A stretch of DNA of 64,000 bases from Candidatus Thorarchaeota archaeon. Lineage in GTDB: Archaea; Asgardarchaeota; Thorarchaeia; Thorarchaeales; Thorarchaeaceae. This document shows positions 28,739 through 39,114 of the stretch, piece after piece. Numbering within the stretch: position 1 is the stretch's first letter; every line of letters begins with the position of its first letter. The notes under the pieces were generated by a model. The model did no database searches, was not told where the DNA came from, and saw nothing but the letters and a program-made list of their open reading frames with translations. The stretch covers positions 32,001-96,000 of the forward strand of contig RDOC01000003.1 of assembly GCA_011364985.1 (NCBI GenBank), given 5' to 3'. The position numbers and the translations under genes are program-made.

Positions 28739-29068
28739 ATGAGCGACGAAGAACTTGATGAGATTCGGCAACGTAAACTTGCTGCGATACGCAATCAAGC
28801 TCTCGATGAACAGGCACAAGAGCAAGCATCTGCTGAGGCACAAGCGCAAAAAGAAGCGATCCTTCGGCAGATACTGACTCCCGAAGCCAGGTCAAGACTT
28901 ACTAACATCAGAATGGTACGACCCCAGCTGGCTGAGCAAGTTGAGATGCAGCTCATTCAGCTAGCAGGAGCCGGAAGACTCCGAGCAAGGGTCACTGATC
29001 AACAACTCAAGGCGCTCCTTCAGCAACTTCAGGGGAAGGAACGGGAACGAAAGATCTCATTTAGATAG
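28739..29068 (+). CDS. PDCD5-like DNA-binding protein
   Basis: ILRQILTPEARSRLTNIRMVRP. Confidence 0.92.
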   Translation: MSDEELDEIRQRKLAAIRNQALDEQAQEQASAEAQAQKEAILRQILTPEARSRLTNIRMVRPQLAEQVEMQLIQLAGAGRLRARVTDQQLKALLQQLQGKERERKISFR

Positions 29069-29088
29069 AGATGCTATAGGTGATAATA

Positions 29089-29244
29089 ATGGCACGAAAT
29101 AAGCCTCTCGCAAAGAAGCTCCGGATGGCACGGGCAATGAAGAGTAACTCCTCTGTACCCACATGGGCAATTGTGAAGACCGGCGGCAAAGTCAGAAGGA
29201 CTCCAAAGCAGCGGAACTGGCGTCAGTCCAAACTCAAACCATAA
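29089..29244 (+). CDS. rpl39e: ribosomal protein L39e (below ORF-track cutoff)
   Basis: [51 protein letters not shown]. Confidence 0.95.
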   Translation: MARNKPLAKKLRMARAMKSNSSVPTWAIVKTGGKVRRTPKQRNWRQSKLKP

Positions 29245-29260
29245 TCAGGTGTGCTGTGCA

Positions 29261-29665
29261 ATGAAGGAAGAGAATGAATTGGAGGAAATCCAAGAGACCG
29301 AAGAGGTAGAGGAAGAGCTCGTGGAGATGGAAGACATCGAAGCTCTTGATGAAAAGAGGTTACCAGCCGAAGAGGTCGCTCCAGCAGAGGTCATTCCCGA
29401 GGAGGAAATTGTTGATGAGAGAATCTACACTGTTCCACTTAGGAAAGCATATTGGACTGGTAGTAGACTGAGAAGAGCCAATAGATCTGTCAGAATAGTC
29501 AGACAATTCGTGGAAAGGCATATGAAACCTGAAGAGATTGTACTTCAATCAGAAGTAAACGAACGAATTTGGTCACGAGGCATCCAAAAGCCGCCCCGCA
29601 GAATACGCATTCGTGCCACTAAAAACTCTGATAATCTTGTCCGGGTGTATTTGGCGGAGGGATAG
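29261..29665 (+). CDS. rpl31e: ribosomal protein L31e with acidic N-terminal extension
   Basis: ERIYTVPLR...VNERIWSRGIQKPPRRIR. Confidence 0.94.
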   Translation: MKEENELEEIQETEEVEEELVEMEDIEALDEKRLPAEEVAPAEVIPEEEIVDERIYTVPLRKAYWTGSRLRRANRSVRIVRQFVERHMKPEEIVLQSEVNERIWSRGIQKPPRRIRIRATKNSDNLVRVYLAEG

Positions 29666-29671
29666 TCCCAT

Positions 29672-30337
29672 ATGATCGCCCGAACGGACTTCGAGGGCGA
29701 TTCTAATGTAGGAGCCTTTGGAATTGCCACAGACAAGTTTGTGTTCATATCACCGAATATGTCAAAGAAGTCTATTGAATCAATAGAACGGGTTTTCAAT
29801 TTACCACTCGTACAAACCACCATAGCTACACTGGATGTTGTGGGACTAGTTTGTGTTGCCAACTCCAATGGAATACTTGTTCCGTACACTACCGGTGACG
29901 AGGAGCTTGCAGAACTCAAGAAGTACTCAGAGTTTGAAGTCGATTGGATAGACAGCAAAATGACAGCCCTTGGAAACATTGTGACCACCAATGACAAGGG
30001 AGCAATATGCCATCCTGATTTTGACGTCAAAGCGCGCAAAAGAATGGCGGATGTACTAGACGTTGAAATCCTTCCTGGTAGCGTGGCCGGACTTCCCATT
30101 GTTGGTGCAAGCACAATCATTACGAATAATGGAGCTGTTGTTCATCCATTGGCACGGGATGAAGAGATTGAACAGATATCACAGCTGTTAAAAGTACATG
30201 TTGAAGTGGGCACTGTGAACAGAGGCAGTCCGTACACCAGTCTTGGTGTCATGGCCAACATTGATGGTATGATTGCTGGAACGGACACGACAGGTGTGGA
30301 ATTAGCACACATTAGTCAGGTTCTAGGATTTGTATGA
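29672..30337 (+). CDS. eif6: translation initiation factor 6
   Basis: ANSNG, LGNIVTTND, GTVNRGS and TTGVEL motifs. Confidence 0.95.
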   Translation: MIARTDFEGDSNVGAFGIATDKFVFISPNMSKKSIESIERVFNLPLVQTTIATLDVVGLVCVANSNGILVPYTTGDEELAELKKYSEFEVDWIDSKMTALGNIVTTNDKGAICHPDFDVKARKRMADVLDVEILPGSVAGLPIVGASTIITNNGAVVHPLARDEEIEQISQLLKVHVEVGTVNRGSPYTSLGVMANIDGMIAGTDTTGVELAHISQVLGFV

Positions 30338-30348
30338 GGTGTTTGAAT

Positions 30349-30591
30349 ATGAGCTCAAAGATATGGAGAGCAACTGGCGAATACGGTAAGAAACGGAGAA
30401 GATTCAGATTCATGAAAGAAATGATTGCCATGAAGGAGGCTCATGTTCGTGAGCGATTGTACTCGGAGATTGGCAGTCGTCATCGTGTGAAGAGAAAGGA
30501 TATCACAATTGAAGAAGTTGTTGAGATACAGCCAGAGGAGCTTCGTGACCTAGACCTGAGAAGGATTCTTGGTGTGGAGAGCGAACTATAA
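30349..30591 (+). CDS. rpl18a: ribosomal protein L18a/LX
   Basis: ERLYSEIGSRHRVKR. Confidence 0.9.
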   Translation: MSSKIWRATGEYGKKRRRFRFMKEMIAMKEAHVRERLYSEIGSRHRVKRKDITIEEVVEIQPEELRDLDLRRILGVESEL

Positions 30592-31031
30592 TGAGCCAAG
30601 AACAGCAGAAGGCTCTTGAATCACTCTATGTAGAAAGACAACTTACGGAATCGAACATCAGCTTGCTACAACAACGCCTTGAATTCTCACAAGTCCTACT
30701 AAATAGCTACAGAACAGGGTTCATGGTTCTTGAAGAACTTGAAGCTAAGAAGAAGGATGAAGAGATGCTGATGAACGTCGGAGGCGGCATCTTTGTTCCA
30801 GCTCGGCTAGTCAATCCCGAGAGGATTATGCGGACACTAGGTAGTGGGATAAGGATCGAACAAGGGTTGGAAGAGGCCAAGAAAGGAATCGAAACGGCTA
30901 TCACTTCCCTTGAAAACCAGTATAAGCAGCTTGCAGAAGAGCATGACAAAATGGTGGCTCATCTAAATCGAGTAAACGCTCAGATGAACCAACTAGTGGA
31001 AGCGATTCAAGGACAGAGCAGGGAGGGATAA
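30591..31031 (+). CDS. pfdA: prefoldin alpha subunit
   Basis: Coiled coils flanking MLMNVGGGIFV...LGSG. Confidence 0.92.
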   Translation: MSQEQQKALESLYVERQLTESNISLLQQRLEFSQVLLNSYRTGFMVLEELEAKKKDEEMLMNVGGGIFVPARLVNPERIMRTLGSGIRIEQGLEEAKKGIETAITSLENQYKQLAEEHDKMVAHLNRVNAQMNQLVEAIQGQSREG

Positions 31032-31034
31032 CCC

Positions 31035-31943
31035 TTGTTCGACAATCTTCGAACAGCGGTTGATTCTGCCGTAACCAAAGCAACAACAAAGGAACTGAAT
31101 GAAAAGAACCTCTCGGATGCTATCTGGGCACTTCAAATGGTTCTAATTCAGAATGATGTTGCTGTAGAGGTTGCAGAGTGTATTTGCAGCCTGACGAAAG
31201 AGAAGTTGATAGGTACTAGAGCAGGCCGGCTTGAGAATTTGAAACGGCTTTTCAAGACAGCAATATACGAGTCTGTACTTGAGGTTTTGACTCCAGAGCA
31301 TCCGTTAGACCCTGTTGAGATTGTGTCACAGAAAAAGAGCAAGGGCGAGCCAACAGTGATTCTCTTTGTTGGGGTTAATGGAACAGGGAAGACAACCACG
31401 CTAGCAAAGATGGCGAATATGTACAAACAGAAGGGCTTCTCGGTTGTCCTAGCCGCTGGAGATACTTTTAGGGCAGGCAGCATTGAGCAATTGCAAAGGC
31501 ATGCCGATGTACTGAATTTGAAACTCATTAAGCAGGATTATGGATCCGATGCTGCTGCTATTGCATACGATGCGATATCTCATGCACGTGCCAAGCATGT
31601 AGATGTGGTACTGATCGATTCCGCAGGAAGAATGCAAAGCAACAGGAACTTGATAGAAGAAATGAAGAAAATTGCTCGTGTGGCTGAACCGGACTTGAAG
31701 ATTTTTGTCGGAGACTCCCTGGCGGGGAATGACGCTCTTTCACAGGCAAGGGAGTTCAATGATGCTATCGGGATTGACGGAACCATACTTACGAAGGTTG
31801 ATGCGGACCCATCTGGCGGAGCAGCTCTTTCAGTAGCATTTGTCACAGGCAAACCAGTCATCTATGTCGGAGTTGGTCAGAAATACGATGACCTTCAACG
31901 TTTTGAACCGAAATGGTTTGCACAAAGACTTGTCGGCGAGTAG
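31035..31943 (+). CDS. ftsY: SRP receptor FtsY
   Basis: GVNGTGKTTT, DTFRAG, DSAGR, TKVD and GVGQKYDDL motifs. Confidence 0.96.
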   Translation: MFDNLRTAVDSAVTKATTKELNEKNLSDAIWALQMVLIQNDVAVEVAECICSLTKEKLIGTRAGRLENLKRLFKTAIYESVLEVLTPEHPLDPVEIVSQKKSKGEPTVILFVGVNGTGKTTTLAKMANMYKQKGFSVVLAAGDTFRAGSIEQLQRHADVLNLKLIKQDYGSDAAAIAYDAISHARAKHVDVVLIDSAGRMQSNRNLIEEMKKIARVAEPDLKIFVGDSLAGNDALSQAREFNDAIGIDGTILTKVDADPSGGAALSVAFVTGKPVIYVGVGQKYDDLQRFEPKWFAQRLVGE

Positions 31944-32016
31944 TAGTAACAGTGGGCAGTTTTATTACAGAGCGCATTTTTATCCCCTTTAACCATTCAT
32001 CACAGAGGTTACTAGT

Positions 32017-32943
32017 GTGAGTTTCAAGAGAAGGAACTTCATCGATTTGGCTGACTTCAAGAGGCATGAGCTTAGAGCCTTCTTGGACGCTGGACACGAT
32101 TTGAAGAGAAAACAAAAATGTGGAGAACCGCATGAGGTATTGAAAGGCAAGTCCATGGCCATGATTTTCATGAAATCAAGCACCCGAACGCGTGTTTCCT
32201 TTGAAGTTGGGATGACACAGCTTGGTGGGCATGCTCTTTACCTGCAACCTGGCGGCACACAGCTTGGGCGTGGAGAAACTATAGGAGATACTGCAATTGT
32301 GCTCAGCAGATACTGTGATGTAATCATGGCAAGAGTCTTTGGGCATGGTGAAGTGGTGGAGCTTGCCAAACACGCGACAGTTCCCGTCATCAATGGTCTA
32401 TCTGATCTTCTGCATCCATGCCAAATCATGGCGGACATGATGACCATAGAAGAGCACAAGGGCACTCTTGAAGGACTCAAGGTTGCTTATGTGGGCGACT
32501 CCAACAATGTCAGCAATTCCATAATGCAGGGTTGCACGATAATGGGGATGGATGTCACGATTGGCTCCCCGAAGGGCTACACACCGACCGATGAAATAAT
32601 GGAACGTGCAGAGAACCTCAGTAGGACCTATAAGACACATCTTGAAGTTGTTACAGACCCTGCAGAGGCTGTGAAAGCCGCTGACGTTATTTATACTGAT
32701 ACCTTCTTTAGTATGGGTCAAGAGAGAGAAAAAGAAAAGGAAGAAGCTCTTATGCCATTCCAAGTGAACAGAGCACTTGTTAACAACGCAAAAGAGGATG
32801 TCATTGTGATGCATTGTCTGCCTGCGCACCGCGACGAGGAATTAACATCTGATATCATGGACGACCCCAAGCATTCTGTTGTGTTTGATCAAGCTGAAAA
32901 TCGACTTCATGCACAGAAAGGCATACTGGCACTTATTGTCTAA
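32017..32943 (+). CDS. argF: ornithine carbamoyltransferase
   Basis: STRTRVSF, HPCQ, SMG, HCLP and QAENR motifs. Confidence 0.95.
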   Translation: MSFKRRNFIDLADFKRHELRAFLDAGHDLKRKQKCGEPHEVLKGKSMAMIFMKSSTRTRVSFEVGMTQLGGHALYLQPGGTQLGRGETIGDTAIVLSRYCDVIMARVFGHGEVVELAKHATVPVINGLSDLLHPCQIMADMMTIEEHKGTLEGLKVAYVGDSNNVSNSIMQGCTIMGMDVTIGSPKGYTPTDEIMERAENLSRTYKTHLEVVTDPAEAVKAADVIYTDTFFSMGQEREKEKEEALMPFQVNRALVNNAKEDVIVMHCLPAHRDEELTSDIMDDPKHSVVFDQAENRLHAQKGILALIV

Positions 32944-32955
32944 GAGGCGGACGAG

Positions 32956-33927
32956 TTGGCGGGCGAAGTTGTAGTCATAGGCAGAATCAACACAGATGTG
33001 GTGATGCGTATCGAGAGCCTGCCCGGACCAAATGATCATTTCATCACAGATGAGGGATACATATCATTTGGCGGTTCAGCATGCAACTTTGCGACTCAAT
33101 CAGCCCGTCTCGGAGTGCCGACGAGTCTTGTAAGTTGTATTGGCAACGATTTGTATGGTCGGCTTGCACTCAAGGAATTATCACAGATAGGAATAGACAC
33201 TAGCCAGATTCTTGTTTTGGACCAGCAGTCCACTGGTATCTTCTTTCTGGCCGAGCAACCAAATGGAACCGGATTCGTTTTCACTGAGCCAGGTGCGAAC
33301 CGATTCTTGGAAAAGCATATTTTCGATGAGGAAGCTATTGCTAAGGCAAGAATTGTACACATGGCAGGGGGATTTCCAATGATGAATGGAAGAGCCCTAG
33401 AAGTAGCCACCCTGAATGGTATGATATTCTCTCTCGATCCAGGCCGAGTTGCTGGAAATCTTGACTTCCCGAAAGTGCTAGCTAAGACAGATCTCTTCTT
33501 CGTGAATGAAAAAGAATTGAAGACTTACTTTGACACCACACCCACCGAGAAGAGCCTCAAGATGTTTGCCAAGAATTTCCCGGGTATTGTTATCGTGAAG
33601 AGAGGAAAGAAGGGGGCCATAGCCACAGATGGTTTTGAATACTGTACTTCACAAGCATTCGAAGTGAAAGCAGTCGATACCTTGGGAGCTGGTGATGCGT
33701 TTGCTGCTGGTTTTGTCACAGCATGGACGCGCTCTGAGAACATAGAGAAAGCACTTCATGTTGGGAATGCCGTGTCTGCCCTTACAATAACAAAGCAAGG
33801 TGCACAGAACGGACAACCAACGCTCAAGGAAGTATCGAAATTACTCAAGGATAATGGCGTATCAATTGATGCGATTTTGAGAACTTTCGGCGAACGAAAG
33901 AGAAGAAAGAAACGATATAACAAGTAA
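32956..33927 (+). CDS. PfkB family carbohydrate/nucleoside kinase
   Basis: GGSACN and DTLGAGDAF. Confidence 0.9.
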   Translation: MAGEVVVIGRINTDVVMRIESLPGPNDHFITDEGYISFGGSACNFATQSARLGVPTSLVSCIGNDLYGRLALKELSQIGIDTSQILVLDQQSTGIFFLAEQPNGTGFVFTEPGANRFLEKHIFDEEAIAKARIVHMAGGFPMMNGRALEVATLNGMIFSLDPGRVAGNLDFPKVLAKTDLFFVNEKELKTYFDTTPTEKSLKMFAKNFPGIVIVKRGKKGAIATDGFEYCTSQAFEVKAVDTLGAGDAFAAGFVTAWTRSENIEKALHVGNAVSALTITKQGAQNGQPTLKEVSKLLKDNGVSIDAILRTFGERKRRKKRYNK

Positions 33928-34002
33928 TACCAGCGTAGTATTCTACTTTTTGTTAGCGAAATACAGCCGTATTAGTGGAAGATGTAAGGTGAGAGTGAGC
34001 TA

Positions 34003-35175
34003 ATGCATCCATTACTAGAAGAAGTCCTCCGCAGTCCAGCACGACGGGACGCTCCTATTACTAAACCAAGCAAGAGATCCTCAAGATCTGCAATCACTGA
34101 TGAAGAATTGGCTGACTTGCTGGAGTCAGTGACCGCACGAATCCTTGTCGTAGGCGTTGGAGGAGCAGGCAATAATGCTGTAACGCGTCTAATGGAAGTA
34201 GGTGTTGAAGGTGCAGAGACTCTCGCCGCAAACACTGATGCGCAAGACCTCTATGTTTGCAATTCTAACCACAAATTACTCCTTGGCAGAGAAACCTGTG
34301 GTGGGCTTGGTGCCGGTAATAATCCAGATATCGGAGAGGCTGCAGCGCAGGAAACGTATGATATCATCAAGGATGTTGTAAGAGCGGATCTTGTCTTCAT
34401 CACTGCAGGAATGGGGGGAGGAACAGGAACTGGTGCAGCACCATTAATAGCAAAGGCTGCAAAAGAAACTGGTGCGCTTACAGTTGCGATTGTATGCCTT
34501 CCTTTTGAAGTTGAAGGTGCCACACGGAAGAAGAATGCCACGAGAGGACTTAAGGCCCTCATGGAGCATGTTGATACTCTTATTGCAATCCCTAATGAAA
34601 AACTCCTTGAGATTGCTCCTGACTTGTCAATGCCAGAGGCGTTCATGGTAGCTGATGAAGTACTTGTCAGAGCTGTAAAGGGCATTGCGGAACTTATCTC
34701 AAAACCGGGTCTTGTTAACTTGGACTTCGCTGATGTCAGAACCACAATGAAAAACGGCGGGGTTTCAATAATTGCACTGGGAGAGGGAACTGGCGAGAAC
34801 AGGGACGAAGAGGCTGTCATTAACGCACTGCGTAATCCTCTAATTGATGTATCAATTGAGAATGCTAGAAACATCTTGATCAATGTCAGTGGAAGCACAG
34901 ATCTCCAGCTCGCAGAGGCTAAGAGAGTTGTTCAGTTAGTGACTGAGCAGGTCAATCCAAATGCGGAGATCATCTATGGTGCGTTAATATCTCACGAATT
35001 GGAAGATAGACTACGTGTGACGATAATTGCATCCGGCGTCAATTCTCCGTATGTTTTTGATAACTCCGAACGAGTTTTACCCCTAGCAGATGACCTAAAA
35101 TCAGATTTGGGACTACAGCGTTTGGATGATACAGATACAGACACTCAGGAAGGGTTAAAAGAAGACCCGAAATGA
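34003..35175 (+). CDS. ftsZ: cell division protein FtsZ
   Basis: GVGGAGNN, GMGGGTGTG and NLDFADV. Confidence 0.96.
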   Translation: MHPLLEEVLRSPARRDAPITKPSKRSSRSAITDEELADLLESVTARILVVGVGGAGNNAVTRLMEVGVEGAETLAANTDAQDLYVCNSNHKLLLGRETCGGLGAGNNPDIGEAAAQETYDIIKDVVRADLVFITAGMGGGTGTGAAPLIAKAAKETGALTVAIVCLPFEVEGATRKKNATRGLKALMEHVDTLIAIPNEKLLEIAPDLSMPEAFMVADEVLVRAVKGIAELISKPGLVNLDFADVRTTMKNGGVSIIALGEGTGENRDEEAVINALRNPLIDVSIENARNILINVSGSTDLQLAEAKRVVQLVTEQVNPNAEIIYGALISHELEDRLRVTIIASGVNSPYVFDNSERVLPLADDLKSDLGLQRLDDTDTDTQEGLKEDPK

Positions 35176-35230
35176 AAACATTCCAATACAGCATTGCAAA
35201 AGCAGATTTGCATAAGGATGTGAAGCCAGT

Positions 35231-35419
35231 TTGGGATTTAGCAGTTTCATCAAAGAAAGCAGGCGGATATTGAAGCTTGCGACCAAGCCATCAAGGAAGG
35301 AGCTTTGGATGAGTACTAAGATAACCATTCTTGCGATGCTCGTGGTGGGAATGCTCAGCTTCATTGTCCAAGTGTTCATGATTGTCATAACTGGCGATTG
35401 GGGAACCACAACATCATAG
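35231..35419 (+). CDS. secE: SecE/Sec61-gamma
   Basis: RRILKLATKPSRKE plus one TM; position between ftsZ and spt5. Confidence 0.92.
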   Translation: MGFSSFIKESRRILKLATKPSRKELWMSTKITILAMLVVGMLSFIVQVFMIVITGDWGTTTS

Positions 35420-35530
35420 ACAAAAGTCCTTCGACAGCTCAGGCTGGAATGGACAAAAGCATCCCTTGGGAATCTGTGGTGTGCTTTGCGTGCTATACTT
35501 TCTTCGGAGTCAAATCTTGGATGTGCTGAA

Positions 35531-36193
35531 ATGGAGCATAGAAACAGTATCTACGCGATAAGAACTACGATAGGCCAGGAGCGATCAGTCACAGACCTCA
35601 TAACGACCGCAGTTACTGGTGAAACTGACGTCTGGGGCTGCCCATTTTGCGGCGAGGATTTCGCCTCAAAGGCTGCTACAGTAGAGCACATGAAGAGCTG
35701 TAAAAAGAAAGGAAAGAAGAGCGGAGAGCCTAAACTAATATCACAAAATCCGCTAATTGGCAGAGTCATGGCCATTCTGGTTCCTGAAACTCTTCGAGGC
35801 TATGTCTTTTTGGAAACACTGGAGTTCAGAGATGTTGAACTGGCAATATCTGGTGTACCACATGTCCGAGGGCGTGTTGGAGGGAAAGTGAGTTACGAAG
35901 AGATTGACAAATTCCTTGTGCCGAAACCTGCCGCAGAAGGAATCTCAATTAGTGATGTTGTTGAAATCATTTCAGGGCCATTCAAGGGAGAACGAGCGAA
36001 GGTTGCGAGAGTAGACTCCGCCAAAGAAGAACTCATTCTTGAATTGCTGGACAGCCCCCACACGATTCCTATACGCGTTCACGCAGACTTTGCGAAAATT
36101 GTTGAGAAGGCTGTTAGAGAAGAGCCCTCGATTGCTGAGACAGCGGAGAAAGACGAGAAAGAAGAAGATGATTCCTTCTGGGCACACGACTAA
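35531..36193 (+). CDS. spt5: transcription elongation factor Spt5 with inserted Zn finger
   Basis: YAIRTTIGQE, LRGYVFLE, KOW motif VEIISGPFKGE; insert CPFC...H...C. Confidence 0.9.
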   Translation: MEHRNSIYAIRTTIGQERSVTDLITTAVTGETDVWGCPFCGEDFASKAATVEHMKSCKKKGKKSGEPKLISQNPLIGRVMAILVPETLRGYVFLETLEFRDVELAISGVPHVRGRVGGKVSYEEIDKFLVPKPAAEGISISDVVEIISGPFKGERAKVARVDSAKEELILELLDSPHTIPIRVHADFAKIVEKAVREEPSIAETAEKDEKEEDDSFWAHD

Positions 36194-36424
36194 CTCTTCG
36201 AACATCGTATCTTCAGATTAGATGTAATTGTCAGTCCAAAAGCCTTAAAACAGTCCTGCGAGGGGGAGGCTCAACTCCTTAAACAGACATTAACGCAAGA
36301 CGTTGTGTCAGGGGTGAAATATGATGATGAATGCAGTAGACTATATTGGACGTTATTCTTGTTGTGCCATTTGGTCGACCCCGGTGATACACTTTGAATG
36401 TGTTAACCTACTGCATCAGGAGTT

Positions 36425-36937
36425 GTGCAAGAATTGAGTGAGAAACCGATAGTAGTAGAGGCAATGGTAGAAGGAGGCAAGGCCTCTGGTGGCCCTCCAA
36501 TCGGTCCTGCGCTTGGACCAACAGGTGTCAATATCTTTCAGGTTGTCACCAAAATCAATGAGGAAACTGTGCCCTTTACTGGGCTGAAGGTGCCCGTGAA
36601 GATCACGGTCAATCCATCTGATAAGAGCTTTGAGGTTGAAGTAGGCACTCCTCCAACAAGTGCTCTAATCCTTAAGGAGATTGGACAAGCAAAGGGTTCT
36701 GGAGAAGCAGGTAGTACCGTAATAGGCAATTTGACTATCGACCAGCTAAAGGCCATTGCAAAGGGAAAAGCAAGCGATTTGTCTGCACTTGAGATGAAAT
36801 CGGCTGCAATGATAATATCGGGCACCTGTGTTTCCATGGGTGTCACAATCGAGGGAAAGGCACCAAAGGAGTTCCAAGAAGAGGTCCGAGAGGGTCTCTG
36901 GGACAGCCAACTTGATGAACTTCTTAGGGAGGAATAA
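36425..36937 (+). CDS. rpl11: ribosomal protein L11
   Basis: GGKASGGPPIGPALGP. Confidence 0.95.
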   Translation: MQELSEKPIVVEAMVEGGKASGGPPIGPALGPTGVNIFQVVTKINEETVPFTGLKVPVKITVNPSDKSFEVEVGTPPTSALILKEIGQAKGSGEAGSTVIGNLTIDQLKAIAKGKASDLSALEMKSAAMIISGTCVSMGVTIEGKAPKEFQEEVREGLWDSQLDELLREE

Positions 36938-36939
36938 CG

Positions 36940-37602
36940 GTGTCATTCAATGTCGATGTAATTGAGACAGCAGTTGCTGAGGCACGCGCAAAAGGCAATG
37001 GAAAGAGTACGAAATTCGAACAGAGCTTTGATATCGCAGTCAACTTCAGAAAGAAGGAATTGGATGTCTCAAAGCCGGAGAATCGATTCAATCAGGAAGT
37101 TGTCTTGCCTAATAGAATGTACCCTCCAGTCAAGGTATGCGCATTCGGCGATGGTGAGTTTGCCGACAAGGCCTTGGAAGCAGGTGTAGAACGCGTTGTG
37201 GGCAGAGAGGAAATTCCAAAGATCGGGGAAGAAAAGAAAGAAAGAAAACTGCTCGCAAAGACTTTCGACTTCTTCATCTCAGCCGTTGATGCAATGTCTC
37301 TTGTTGGTCGCTATCTTGGTCAAGCATTGGGTCCGCGAGGAAAAATGCCGAGGCCATTTCCACCACAAGCCGATTTGAGTGCGGTTGTTGATCAGTATCA
37401 ACGCACCGTCCGCATAAGAATGAGGAACACACCCACCTTCCATGTGAAGGTGGGACATGTGAGAATGAGTGATAGAGAGATTGCTGACAACATAGCCACG
37501 GTTCTTGGCTTTGTTGACAGCAAGGGTATCATTGACCGTGTAGGACGTGTCTTGGTAAAGACCACAATGGGACCTCCCGTTGATGTTAGCATTGAGAGGT
37601 GA
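36940..37602 (+). CDS. rpl1: ribosomal protein L1
   Basis: LGPRGKMP and KTTMGP. Confidence 0.95.
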   Translation: MSFNVDVIETAVAEARAKGNGKSTKFEQSFDIAVNFRKKELDVSKPENRFNQEVVLPNRMYPPVKVCAFGDGEFADKALEAGVERVVGREEIPKIGEEKKERKLLAKTFDFFISAVDAMSLVGRYLGQALGPRGKMPRPFPPQADLSAVVDQYQRTVRIRMRNTPTFHVKVGHVRMSDREIADNIATVLGFVDSKGIIDRVGRVLVKTTMGPPVDVSIER

Positions 37603-37606
37603 TCGG

Positions 37607-38626
37607 ATGTCAGTATATGAAAAGAGCATTCCGCAATGGAAGGTTGACCTAGTAGAAAAGCTTTCCACTCGAATCAAAGATAGCGCCATGGTTGGACTTG
37701 TGAATGTGGAGGGTGTGGGTGCCAAGCAGCTTTCAGGTATTAGAGAGAGTCTGAGATACTCTGCAGAGATCAAGATGGCACGGAACACACTTATGATCAG
37801 AGCTCTTGAAGCGTCAAAAGTAAAGGGGATTGACTCCTTGATCGAACATGTCAAGGGACCCGTCGCTTTTGTTTTCAGTGATCAGGATCCTTTTATTCTC
37901 AGTAAGTTCCTTCGTGAGAACAAGACACCAGCGCCAGCTAAAGGGGGTCAGACTGCTCCAAATGACATCATGGTGCCAGCTATGAATACTGGTGTTGCAC
38001 CAGGACCTTTCATTAGCGAACTCGCAGCCCTCAGGATTCCATCTCGAGTCAAGAGCGGTGTGATTCATATCACTGACGACACCGTTGTTGTGAAGGCAGG
38101 CAATGTCATCTCTAACGCAATGGCTATGATGCTGACAAGACTTGGGATAGAACCAATGGAGCTTCAGCTGAAACTGATTGCAGCATATACCGATGGAGCT
38201 GTACTTACAGCAGAAAGCTTCGATATTGACCTACAGAGTCTCTTCCAGAGTGTCATTCTGGGCCATCAATATGCAATGAATCTCTCAATCAATTCTGGCT
38301 ATCCCACCAGTGATACTATGCCGATGATAATCGTCAAAGCAGACAGAGAAGCGAGAAGCTTGGCTTTGAGCCTTGACTTCTTTACACAGGATTTGCTCGG
38401 CGATTTCCTCGCAAAGGCGAGCTCAGAAGCGTTTGCCCTTGCAGCGGCAATATCGGAAAAGGATCCAGAAGCAATACCCTCAGAAGTCCTCGACCAAGTT
38501 CGATCTGGTGTAACAGATACATCAGCCGCTACATCGGCTGAACAGACTTACAAGAAGCCAGAGGAACCCGGAGAGGACGAAGAGGAGGAAGAATCAGTTG
38601 CAGGTCTCTCAGGCCTGTTCGGATAG
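37607..38626 (+). CDS. rplP0: acidic ribosomal stalk protein P0 (L10)
   Basis: [19 protein letters not shown] and C-terminal GLSGLFG. Confidence 0.95.
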   Translation: MSVYEKSIPQWKVDLVEKLSTRIKDSAMVGLVNVEGVGAKQLSGIRESLRYSAEIKMARNTLMIRALEASKVKGIDSLIEHVKGPVAFVFSDQDPFILSKFLRENKTPAPAKGGQTAPNDIMVPAMNTGVAPGPFISELAALRIPSRVKSGVIHITDDTVVVKAGNVISNAMAMMLTRLGIEPMELQLKLIAAYTDGAVLTAESFDIDLQSLFQSVILGHQYAMNLSINSGYPTSDTMPMIIVKADREARSLALSLDFFTQDLLGDFLAKASSEAFALAAAISEKDPEAIPSEVLDQVRSGVTDTSAATSAEQTYKKPEEPGEDEEEEESVAGLSGLFG

Positions 38627-38643
38627 AAAATGAGGTAGAAACA

Positions 38644-38949
38644 ATGGAGTACGTATATTCCGCACTTCTGCTCCATAAAGCCGGAAAGAAAGTAGATGCA
38701 AAGGGCATGGAGGCTGTTCTCACCGCTGCAGGTGTGACACCTGACAAAGGAAGAATAAAGGCTCTTCTAGCAGCTCTTGAAGGGGTCGATATTGATGATG
38801 CCCTGAAGAGTGCAGCAATGCCCATGGCGATGGCCGCAGCTCCTGCTGCTGGTGGCGCCACAGCTGCAGCTCCTGCCGAGGAGAAGAAGGAAGAAGAAGA
38901 GAAGGAAGAAGAGGAAGAAGTTGCAGGACTTGGCAGTCTATTCGGGTAG
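38644..38949 (+). CDS. rpl12: ribosomal stalk protein L12/P1
   Basis: [11 protein letters not shown]...GLGSLFG. Confidence 0.96.
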   Translation: MEYVYSALLLHKAGKKVDAKGMEAVLTAAGVTPDKGRIKALLAALEGVDIDDALKSAAMPMAMAAAPAAGGATAAAPAEEKKEEEEKEEEEEVAGLGSLFG

Positions 38950-38995
38950 GTCAAGCAACCAGCTTCAGACTCTCAGTTACTTCCTTAGCCTAAAC

Positions 38996-39043
38996 GGATG
39001 GACAGGTAGCAAGCCTGTCTGTCCATCGATTCTCTTTTCTTTG
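38996..39043 (+). terminator. hairpin plus pyrimidine tract after the ribosomal operon
   Basis: GGATGGACAGG-tagcaag-CCTGTCTGTCC followed by TTCTCTTTTCTTT. Confidence 0.5.
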
Positions 39044-39114
39044 ATATCATTCATCTAGTTGGAGATTTGTATCCAGTTTTCCAAGATTGTCACAGAATGA
39101 AATGATGAAATAAG

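Noticed and set aside
36300-36390. Box C/D sRNA or L1-binding leader before rpl11
   Set aside because: ATGATGA and a GGGGT/ACCCC stem are present, but there is no canonical CTGA D box; support is insufficient
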